From contig CBFFRQ010000094.1 of the NCBI GenBank assembly GCA_965644315.1, positions 124,001 through 188,000 on the forward strand: 64,000 nucleotides of DNA, given 5' to 3'. The notes under the pieces were generated by a model that ran no database searches, had not been told where the DNA came from, and saw only the letters and a list, made by a program, of their open reading frames with translations. Positions 42,951-51,601 of the stretch are shown here, in pieces. This DNA comes from Caecitellus pseudoparvulus (taxonomy: Eukaryota; Protista; Bigyra: Bicosoecida). The translations under genes and the position numbers were made by a program. Position 1 is the stretch's first letter, and each line of letters starts with the position of its first letter.

Positions 42951-45900
42951 ATGAGCGGCAGAGGAAGCTCCATGGAGGAACGGCAGAGGAGGGCCGAGGC
43001 TAGACGGCGGCAGCTCCAGATGCAGATGGCGTCTGCGGGGGGAACTGCGCAATCACCCATGTCCATGACCTCGTCTGGCGGGGCATCAGTTTCCGCGCCT
43101 GCCGAGCCGAAGCCATCGGAAACCCCGGGGACCCGGACGCCCTACGGCCCTAGTGACTCCTACTTTGAAATCCACGAAGGCACCCAGGGGACGTCTCCCG
43201 GAATGACAGGTGGAAGTCATGGTTCAGGGTCAGGCGGCTCGAAGACGTGGCAAACTGACGTGGAGGTGGCGGAGTCTGACCGCATCCTGCCTCGGGACAT
43301 GTCCAGTCCGGACGGCCAGGGGGGACAAGGGAAGCAAGAAGGCCAGGGGGGCCAGCAAAGCACGCAAGGGCTCACCATTTCCAAGCCACCCTCGCCGGTA
43401 AGGGACACACACGGACCCTCAAGCACAGCGACAGACGGCGTGAACGCTTTTCGTTTGAATGGATGCACTGCTCTGTACGCTGCGGCCAGCTCTGGTGATG
43501 AAGCCGAGACCCGCAAGCTTCTGCGAGAGCCCGATATCCTCGTGGATAAAGGCGACAGGTTCACGGGGTGGAGTCCGCTCATGGGCGCGGCTTCGAAAGG
43601 CCACGTACGCTGCGTTGCCAGGCTCATTGGTCGTGCAAACGTGCAGTTCCTCAGCGCATCGAAGCACACACCTCTGCTCGTGGCACTGCGGGCAGCCCGT
43701 GCAAGTCGCGACAAATCTGGGGCCCTGGAAGCTGTGCTGATGCTGCTCAATGCTGGAGCGATTCCAGACCCGTCCAGCGACGTTGCGGATCTGCTCGGCG
43801 CTGCACCTGGCCAGGTAATCGTCGCTGCAGTGGAGCTGCTGACACCCGAAACATTTGTGAAATTCTTTTCCCTGTCTGTCTTGAGCAAGGTGGGGCTTGA
43901 CGAAGTGAAAGACTTGGATGGCACGACGCCGGCTGCAGCTGCCGCCCTTGCTGGGAAACGTGCAATTCTGGAGCACCTCAGGAGTGCAGGCGCATCTCTG
44001 ACTCTGCAATCACGCGACGGCAGGCTGCCTATTCATGAGGCAGCAAGTGGTGGCCACACGGAGTGTGTGGAACTCCTGCTGCCAGAATCTGCAGAAGCTC
44101 TGCGTGTGACCCCTCACGGAACAGACTTGTCCACTGTCTTGCACGAGGCCGTGCTGAGCCGCAGTGTGGAGTGTGTGCAGGCCATCATGGTGCCTGCGTA
44201 TTCCGAACTGTGGAGGCGCTGGCTTGGCATGGAAAACGCAGAGAAGATGACCCCAGCAGCACTGGCCGCAGCAAAGGGACTGGACGACGTGCTGCGAGCA
44301 ATCATCACGAACGGGGCCTTGACCGGCGCAACGCTCCAAGGGCAAGCTGGCACGCTCTTGCACTGCATCGCAGCAACGCCATGGCTCCTCCCACACAGTT
44401 GGTTGGCTTGTGCGAGTGCTGCGAAAGACTTGATCGATGCGCGAGATGGTGAAGGCCGCACCATCTTGCATGCTGCATGTGACACCGGTCACCCAGAGAT
44501 TGTGAAAGGGCTTGTGGCAAGGCTGGGTTTCCATACCGTGAAGCAAGTCGGGCGCATCCCGTGCAACCCAGCCCTCGAGACTTCAGCCGTTGCCAGGGCA
44601 GCGCTGCTCGGAAGATGCCTCGCCGGAACGCCTCTGGACTTCATACAGTCCTTGCAGAACACAGTGTGCACTGGGCTGCCTCTGCCTGAACTAGCACACG
44701 ACACAGAGCTGCACCTGGCTTGTCGGCGATGGAACCACGATGATGCGCGAGACATTATGCAGATTCTCTGCAATAAGCTGAAGGCGGAGGAGCTGTTTGA
44801 AGTCTTGGGAAAGCCTGGCTCCGTGGGGCTTACGCCGCTGCAGTGGATCGTGTGCCGGGGGCACACTGAGTTGCTGCAGTTTGTACTGGCCCAGGTAGAC
44901 GACCCGAACTCCCAGATGGCCATGATGTGGGACGCAGGCTATGGGAAGCATTCCACCGCAAGTCTTCTGCTCATCGCGGCGCCCCTGCTCTTTGAGAATG
45001 AGGAAGAGGGCATGCCTTGCTTGGAAGTGCTATTCCAGGCCGCGTTCCGATGCTTGTCCCACGCTGGTTTTGCCATCACCTTAAAACCCGCAGCGGAGGT
45101 GCGTGTTCAGTCAGCCACACCTACCAGCGTGTTGCATGCGCTGTTGCTCCTGTGCTGCCGTGCGGCCAGCTATGAGCTCTTGCTTGTGAAGGTGTTGGAG
45201 CAGATTCTAGACCGCCTGCGCGATTCCCTCAAAGACATTCCCGAGACAGACAGACCAGCATTGCTGCAAAGGGTAGGGTTGTTGCCTAGGGACGATGCAG
45301 ACATGCCCATTGCATTCTTTATCGCGGACTCACCGGCTGTCGATCGGGTCCGGGAGGCCATCGTGAAGTTCCAGGCTGAGCAGGGCTTGGACAACTCGCA
45401 TGGGCCACGGGTGTACGCTGGCGCCTGGGCCAGTGCACTACCTCGCGATTGGTTTTCAGGCAGTCCTGACTCGCTCGTGCCCTCTGAGCAGGAGGTCGGC
45501 ACGGTGCAGGCCGCACTGGGGCGCCTTGCGTCAACCTCATTGGGCTCGAGCCTCGAACCTGGCCGTGCAAGTGCCGGGCAATGGCTCTGGCGCATGGCAG
45601 AGATCCTGCGGCCTGACACAGCGCCTGAAGCAGCCACGGCAGGTCAGGCAGCTGAGAGCCCAGGCACCCGGGCCCGCTTGCCCGCCTTGGCGCAGCTTTG
45701 CGCCCTGCTTGCCCATTTGCTAAGCAACGAGGCAGGGCGGGAAGGAGACCCTTTCCGGCTTGCACAGCCTGTGGAAAAGGTTGCCTGGTCTGCTCTGCAC
45801 AGGTACTGCAGCGATGCGCTGTCTAGTCCAAAGGTCAGCTCCTTCAGAGCCGACGCTGGCTTGCGCATCCCGCTGCTGTGGGCCAAGCACTTGCGCCCCC

Positions 45901-47081
45901 GCCAAGCGGAGCCCGCAAGCGCCTCTAGTGAGGCCTTGCATACGCCAGAGTGGGGAGATGCTCTTGAGGTTTTGCATGCGTGGACCTCAAAGCAGGTGGG
46001 GAGTGGCCCAGGTACTGCACTTGACGCGGCAGTGTGCGAAGTGGAAGCCATGCTGCGAGTGCTCGGCGAAGATTGCTCCCTGAAGGCGACCCCGGCGTGG
46101 TTCCGCCCACACACTGTCAGCCCGCACCAAGTGACGCATAATCACTGCTGGAATGGATGCGGGGACGTGATCATGATGCCTGCCACGAAAGAGTCAGATG
46201 CCAGCCAAGTGCAGTTCGCAGCTGGGCTCATAACGCAAGAGCGTGACGGGCCTTTGACTGGATGTGCGTACCTTCTTCAGGTGCTGACAGCCGCAGTGAT
46301 GGAAGAGCAGGCCAGGCTCGCCATGAAAGGTGTGGGCAAAGAATCTGATCCTCGAGCGTTCAGCTTCGCCGTGGCCGAACAAAGCGCCAGCGGAAACCTG
46401 TATTGGACCCTCACTCTGTGCGCGCCACCAGCAGCTGGCAAGCCATTGCACAAGGTGGTGCACTCCGCGTGCGCTGCTGAGGAGGATGAAGTTGACAGGT
46501 TGTCGGTGTCGCAAGCCGTGTTCAGGCACTTGTTTCGCCTGCTATGCCATGGTTTCTGCGTGCCGGGCGTTGGATTGCAAGACTTTCTCCGCACTGACGA
46601 CGGCCAAGTGGTGTTCACAGGGGCCCACAAGGCTGTGCCTGTCGGCACTTGCATTCCCCCTCGCAGCACCTCCACAGCCGCGGTCTCCCATGACTTCAGC
46701 GCGTCGAGCTTGTGCCACCCCTCCGACAGCGAGTGGATGACACAGTCGCCCGAGGCGATTCTGGCGCACCAAGCTGGACAGGTGTTCGTGGCCAGCCAAT
46801 GGGAGGCTACATGGGGGGCAAGCATGGTGTGTGCAGAGGTGGTCCTCGGCACATGTCCCCTGCCAACAAGGGGCGGCTACAGTCCGACAGAGTTCGCTTG
46901 GGTGAACCGAATTCTGCGGGATACGCACGAATCCTTTTCGCTTGAAACCAAGGAGGGCACCCTCTTGAGTGACCCAGCAGGCCCTCTTTGCAGCGCTTTG
47001 CGGGAGGGGTTGGCTTGGGATCCCGCCCAGCGCTCCATTCACTCACTGCGCGAGTTTTTGGAGCGCTCTGAGTCGAAGTGA
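42951..47081 (+). CDS. ankyrin-repeat protein with C-terminal pseudokinase-like domain
   Basis: 1376-aa intronless ORF with more than 10 ankyrin repeats (GCTALYAAASSGD, GWSPLMGAASKGH, GRLPIHEAASGGH, GRTILHAACDTGH). C-terminal kinase-like HGFCVPGVGLQDFLRTDDGQVVFTGAHKA...QSPEAIL...EATWGASMVCAEVVLGTCP...GLAWDPAQR. Confidence 0.85.
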   Translation: MSGRGSSMEERQRRAEARRRQLQMQMASAGGTAQSPMSMTSSGGASVSAPAEPKPSETPGTRTPYGPSDSYFEIHEGTQGTSPGMTGGSHGSGSGGSKTWQTDVEVAESDRILPRDMSSPDGQGGQGKQEGQGGQQSTQGLTISKPPSPVRDTHGPSSTATDGVNAFRLNGCTALYAAASSGDEAETRKLLREPDILVDKGDRFTGWSPLMGAASKGHVRCVARLIGRANVQFLSASKHTPLLVALRAARASRDKSGALEAVLMLLNAGAIPDPSSDVADLLGAAPGQVIVAAVELLTPETFVKFFSLSVLSKVGLDEVKDLDGTTPAAAAALAGKRAILEHLRSAGASLTLQSRDGRLPIHEAASGGHTECVELLLPESAEALRVTPHGTDLSTVLHEAVLSRSVECVQAIMVPAYSELWRRWLGMENAEKMTPAALAAAKGLDDVLRAIITNGALTGATLQGQAGTLLHCIAATPWLLPHSWLACASAAKDLIDARDGEGRTILHAACDTGHPEIVKGLVARLGFHTVKQVGRIPCNPALETSAVARAALLGRCLAGTPLDFIQSLQNTVCTGLPLPELAHDTELHLACRRWNHDDARDIMQILCNKLKAEELFEVLGKPGSVGLTPLQWIVCRGHTELLQFVLAQVDDPNSQMAMMWDAGYGKHSTASLLLIAAPLLFENEEEGMPCLEVLFQAAFRCLSHAGFAITLKPAAEVRVQSATPTSVLHALLLLCCRAASYELLLVKVLEQILDRLRDSLKDIPETDRPALLQRVGLLPRDDADMPIAFFIADSPAVDRVREAIVKFQAEQGLDNSHGPRVYAGAWASALPRDWFSGSPDSLVPSEQEVGTVQAALGRLASTSLGSSLEPGRASAGQWLWRMAEILRPDTAPEAATAGQAAESPGTRARLPALAQLCALLAHLLSNEAGREGDPFRLAQPVEKVAWSALHRYCSDALSSPKVSSFRADAGLRIPLLWAKHLRPRQAEPASASSEALHTPEWGDALEVLHAWTSKQVGSGPGTALDAAVCEVEAMLRVLGEDCSLKATPAWFRPHTVSPHQVTHNHCWNGCGDVIMMPATKESDASQVQFAAGLITQERDGPLTGCAYLLQVLTAAVMEEQARLAMKGVGKESDPRAFSFAVAEQSASGNLYWTLTLCAPPAAGKPLHKVVHSACAAEEDEVDRLSVSQAVFRHLFRLLCHGFCVPGVGLQDFLRTDDGQVVFTGAHKAVPVGTCIPPRSTSTAAVSHDFSASSLCHPSDSEWMTQSPEAILAHQAGQVFVASQWEATWGASMVCAEVVLGTCPLPTRGGYSPTEFAWVNRILRDTHESFSLETKEGTLLSDPAGPLCSALREGLAWDPAQRSIHSLREFLERSESK

Positions 47082-47507
47082 GCCAGTGCGGGCTTAGCAA
47101 GCGGTGGCCCTGAGAAGCCTGCATAAGGTGGACCTCAAGGTGTGGTGACAGGCACCTAGTTTGTCAAGTGAATCCTGCGACGGACAGGTACAGTGCCGTT
47201 GTTGACCGCCTTAGGGGAGTGCTGCTGATTCATGTGGAGAAGGCGTTGGAGCGCCTGACCAGTCCCCCCACTGCCGGTCATGAAATCCGTCTACTTCAGC
47301 AATTTACTCTGACCAGATTTGTGAGATCACGTGTGCGCTGGCCTGCTCCTTTCACAGATGCTATACTTCTGTACGCACGCTCACATCCCTCTGACTGAAG
47401 GCAGTGCGCAGCGGAATTCGAGCCTTGACACGCCAACGGCAGGCACAGTCTTCGGGACGTCCTCGCGTGGTGTAAGTGCAGTGGCATCCGCGGCGAAATC
47501 GCCGAGC

Positions 47508-49046
47508 ATGGTGCTTTACACACCCTGCACACCTCCAGGGGCTGTACCCCCTCGGAACTACCCTCCCACCTGGTGCATTCAGCGAGACCTCGCAACAGCT
47601 GCAGCCCTCGCATGCCTGTGGCTGGCTGGGCAAGGCTGGGCCCTGGCACGCAGCGGCTGGGAGGCTGGGTCATTCGCTGGGATAGTTGATATCCATGGTA
47701 TCGGCAATGTCGCACAGGCCTTGAGTGTGGCCACCGTGGTGTACGCCGTCATTTCCGGCTTGGTGCTGCGCCGCAAGCACTGGTGGGCAAGTAGATACTC
47801 CCACACCAGCCCTGCGCAGCTGGCCGCAGCCCTCTGCCTGGTGGCAGCGCTGGAAGTCTGCACTTCGCGCGGGTGGGCACACTTCCTCAGTGCCGACTTG
47901 CTCGTCGGCGTGTTCCTCGGCCTGCACATCGTGTACGCCGACGGCAGCGCTTGGCTGGCTTCGTTCGGAGTGAAGTGGAGCAACCCTTCCCACTGGGTGC
48001 ACTTCACCCCCCTCGAGCTGACATTCGCTGTCATTTTGGGCCTTGGGCTTGCAGGCAGTGTGGCAGCCCTGAGCGGGGGCATTCTGATGTCTGGTGCCTG
48101 GGCCCGCCTGAGTTGGTTGTACGGCGGTGTTGGGCTGCTTGCCGGCGCTGTGGCCCTGCTGACCCGTGGAACCCACACGTGGCACATGCACCACTACGCC
48201 TTGGCTGCTACCATGCTACCCGTAGCCTGCCTGGACACCAGCGTCTCTCGCTTCTGGCACGGCATGTTCTTGGGCCTGCTTGTGGAAGGTTGTGCAGTGT
48301 GGGGCGTGGACCCCGTTCGCATACGGGTAGATGACGGGTCGCCAGCCACTGCCGATGCCTGCGACATGCCCACGTCACTGTGGCTGGAACTGGCGCTGAA
48401 TGCGTCCTCCCCAGCCGCCTGGGACTCCGCTGTGCGCGGCCTGCTGAAAGTGGCTGCCGCTGTGCAACGAAGCGTCAGTTCCTTGCACAGCGTGCCCATG
48501 AGCCCCGCAGCCACTCAAATAGCCTTGGAAGCAGCAAGTGACATGCCTTGTGTTCGGCACGCCTTGGACAGCTGCTGCGTGCAGCTGAGGGGAGTTGCAC
48601 AGTTGGATGCCATGAAGCTTCTGCAACTTGTGCACAGGCACTGCCCAGAATTCTCCTGCGCCTCCCAACCGCCCTGTCCTCCAGAAGCGGATGCCTTGGC
48701 ACAACACGCAGTGCAATCTGTGCGCGACAAACCCCACTTGTTGTCAGTATACTTGGACACGCTGTACCTGGGCCTGGTATGTGCGGCACCAGAGCTGTTG
48801 CCTGTCCTGGGCGGCCAGCCTGCCACAGACAGCCCCCCCACCCCCTCGCACGCTCTGTTGGACTTTTCCACACAAACGAAGGATGGGTGCTCCGCACAGG
48901 AGTTGCAGCAGGTGCTGCGGTGTGCTGCGTGGGGCGGCCGGCATGCTGCAGATGGGGAGGTGCCACTTGCACAGGTGGCAGCTGAACGACGGGCCGTGTT
49001 CAGGGCTGTGCGGCAGATCATTGTCCAGGCCAGAGACTTCACCTAG
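47508..49046 (+). CDS. uncharacterised multi-pass membrane protein with HxHHY motif and helical C-terminal domain
   Basis: The frame is open from 47331, with ATGs at 47358 and 47508. About 8 hydrophobic helices; HTWHMHHYAL...FWHGMFLGLLVEGCAVWGVDP. Confidence 0.65.
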   Translation: MVLYTPCTPPGAVPPRNYPPTWCIQRDLATAAALACLWLAGQGWALARSGWEAGSFAGIVDIHGIGNVAQALSVATVVYAVISGLVLRRKHWWASRYSHTSPAQLAAALCLVAALEVCTSRGWAHFLSADLLVGVFLGLHIVYADGSAWLASFGVKWSNPSHWVHFTPLELTFAVILGLGLAGSVAALSGGILMSGAWARLSWLYGGVGLLAGAVALLTRGTHTWHMHHYALAATMLPVACLDTSVSRFWHGMFLGLLVEGCAVWGVDPVRIRVDDGSPATADACDMPTSLWLELALNASSPAAWDSAVRGLLKVAAAVQRSVSSLHSVPMSPAATQIALEAASDMPCVRHALDSCCVQLRGVAQLDAMKLLQLVHRHCPEFSCASQPPCPPEADALAQHAVQSVRDKPHLLSVYLDTLYLGLVCAAPELLPVLGGQPATDSPPTPSHALLDFSTQTKDGCSAQELQQVLRCAAWGGRHAADGEVPLAQVAAERRAVFRAVRQIIVQARDFT

Positions 49047-49965
49047 TGTGTATTTGCCCTCACAGGCCTCGCCAGTATCGAGCGAAAGGGGTTGCGGCGT
49101 GGCTTTTGCTGCACGGCACCGCGAACACTGCCGAAGCCTGCACGTTCATGGCGCCGACTGGCGTGGCGTGGAAGATCTACAGCTCCAGGAACGCACAGAT
49201 CTCCTTCACGTAGCTGACGACCAAGCCTGACTGCTGTGCTGGCGTGGTCTCACCACTTCCACACCGTGCCGGCACTCGCGGCAGCTGCTGCGCTAGTGTA
49301 GAGACATTGGGAGAGCCAACTGCCGGCGGTAGACAGCGCCGCCACCCACACGTCGATGACAGTGGTGTCAGCAGACAGCCACGACATCGCCATGCTGTCG
49401 ACCATGTCACGGGCTGCCGAGCCAGCCAGCGCAGCGTGTGCCAATCTGCAGCGTGTATGCCAGACCAGCAGTGCGACGAGGGGTGGCATGGTGTGGCGCT
49501 CGGCGGCGGCTCACGAACACCGAACAATGCACTGGTGGCGTGTCCTGGCATCGGCGGCAAGCACCCAGTCACTGCATTCAGTGCACACACGTCGCATTCC
49601 ACATCAACTGCAGTGCTCCCCGTGGGGCGCAGCCCGCCGTTGGGGGCCGCACCAGCACTGCCCTGACACCCCAGCGCCGCCCAAGCACTTCCCCGCCCAC
49701 TGCCCACGCAGTTGGCGATCATTTCCGCCCCCAGCATCGGTGCAGAGTCGTGGCACTGGGCATGGCTGTGGATCCATCACTGTCTCCGCCACCCAACAGC
49801 ATGACCAAGCCCGTACCCATGCCTGCAAGGCTCACATGGCACCTCACTCCCAGCACAGTCGTCATGCCTGCATTGTGCTTGATCGGGCGCAGTGCAAGAC
49901 CCTCACTCAGAGCAGGGGACCATTTGCGAGTGACACGCCAGCGCCAAGCTGCTCTGTGGTCGTGA

Positions 49966-51072
49966 TCACTTCCTTGCGATCTGACAAGTCCGCAGCAGCA
50001 CCACGCCACGCCGCCCCCGTCGAGTGCTGGTGCCGCCCCACACGGCATCCTTGCCTGGCTGCACAGCCACCTGCCCAGCGTCAAGCCGGGTCTGGAGGGG
50101 AATGGCTCGAGCGCCAGTGAGGCCTAGCAGCTCACGCACCACATCCACGTGGCCACGCTGACAGGCAAACCGGAAGCCAGCCTCGGCCGTGCCCATGTAT
50201 GCCGCATGCACGTCCACCTTACGGTGTCCAGTCAGGGCCAGCAGTTCGCGCACCACATCCACGCGCCCGTTGGCACAGGCAGCCTGGAAGCCACACTCTG
50301 GATCGCCCTCTCGCCCAGCATGCATGTCCACCGCACGGTGTCCGGTCACACGCTCCACACAGGCCCGTTCGGCATGCAACGAACCAGCTTCGTCCGGTAC
50401 GCTGCGCCTCTCCGACTCAGTCAACGCCAGCAGCTCGCGAACCACGTCCACGTGTCCATGCTCAGCGCTCGGCAGCCTCAGGATACCAGCATGCACGTTC
50501 ACCTCACGATCACCTTCCAGCGCCAGCAGCTCCCGCACCACATCTAAGTGTCCAAACTCGCAAGCAACCTCGAAGGCAGCCTCTGGCACACCCCAGCCCG
50601 TAGCGTGCACGTCCACCTCACGATGCCCTGTTAGCGCCAGAAGCTCACGCACCACATGAACGTGGCCTTCAACACAGGCAAATCGGATCCCAGCCTCAGG
50701 CTCACCCTGTGGCCCCGCATGTACATCGACCTCACGATCTCCAGTCAACGCTAGAAGCTCGCGAACCACACCCAGATGCCCATTCTGACATGCAAGTTGA
50801 AACCCATGCTCAGATCCAAACCGACCCGCCCAGTGCACATCCACAGCAGCCTCCCCTCCCAACGCCAGCAACCCACGCAGCAATCTAACATGCCCTGTCG
50901 TGCAAGCAACAACGAAGCCAGCTGTGGTCTCGACACTTGACAGCCCCCCCGGCTCCCCACCCTCACTGCCACCACACTCCTCCAGCATGCCCAGCAGAAC
51001 ATCCGACTGGTCGCCATCACATGCAGCCTGCCACCGCTCCACCAATGACTGACCATCGCTCCCAGCAGCCAT
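49966..51072 (-). CDS. ankyrin-like repeat protein with about 38-aa repeats
   Basis: Tandem repeats GFxxACxxGHxxVVRELLALTGxRxVDVHA. Likely start at ATG 51072 (MAAGSDGQ). Confidence 0.88.
   Translation of the reverse strand: MAAGSDGQSLVERWQAACDGDQSDVLLGMLEECGGSEGGEPGGLSSVETTAGFVVACTTGHVRLLRGLLALGGEAAVDVHWAGRFGSEHGFQLACQNGHLGVVRELLALTGDREVDVHAGPQGEPEAGIRFACVEGHVHVVRELLALTGHREVDVHATGWGVPEAAFEVACEFGHLDVVRELLALEGDREVNVHAGILRLPSAEHGHVDVVRELLALTESERRSVPDEAGSLHAERACVERVTGHRAVDMHAGREGDPECGFQAACANGRVDVVRELLALTGHRKVDVHAAYMGTAEAGFRFACQRGHVDVVRELLGLTGARAIPLQTRLDAGQVAVQPGKDAVWGGTSTRRGRRGVVLLRTCQIARK
50110..50930 (-). repeat. coding tandem repeat, unit about 114 bp, about 7-8 copies including degenerate ones
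   Basis: Recurring plus-strand blocks such as CCAGCAGCTC(G/C)CG(A/C)ACCAC and GCACGTCCACCT at about 114-bp spacing. Confidence 0.8.
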
Positions 51073-51601
51073 GGCGTGGTGGACCCAGATTCCGCACTTC
51101 TCAACCTCACAAACAAACACCTCGCTTGCACGCTGGCACTGGCGGCACAGCACGAACATGTCCTCATCAATTCATACACCACGTGCATGGCACGCGCGTC
51201 GAGTTTGACCGAGGCACGGCAGTGCCCACCTCACAGCCCGCGCGGCGCCATCTCCCCCAAACTTGCTTATCAATCTGCATAGCGCCCACAAAGTTACTCC
51301 AGGCCAAAATACAAAAATAACGAACCTTCAGCCATGTTCGTCTTTCATCACTTTGCCATTCATCAGCCTGCGCTGTGCACGACAGCGGCAGGTTACGCAA
51401 GCGGAAGTTGATGTTGGCCCTCGCATCATTGGTCTGCTTCCCTGAACCAGCGCAGCGCCTGGTGCTGCAGAGAGTTCGATCACGGCCTCGCTGAATTGAT
51501 TTTGGCGCACAGGTCAACCACACAGACCACCTTCAACCAGCTGCACAGCGCAGACAGCTTGCCAGCAGTGCTTGCCACCACGCCACCATCACCTTCACAC
51601 A

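Noticed and set aside
42951-47081. RNase L orthologue
   Set aside because: The ankyrin plus pseudokinase order matches, but the ORF ends right after the kinase-like domain with no KEN ribonuclease domain.
50110-50930. CRISPR-like repeat-spacer array
   Set aside because: The repeats are degenerate at synonymous positions and in frame: a protein-coding ankyrin array.
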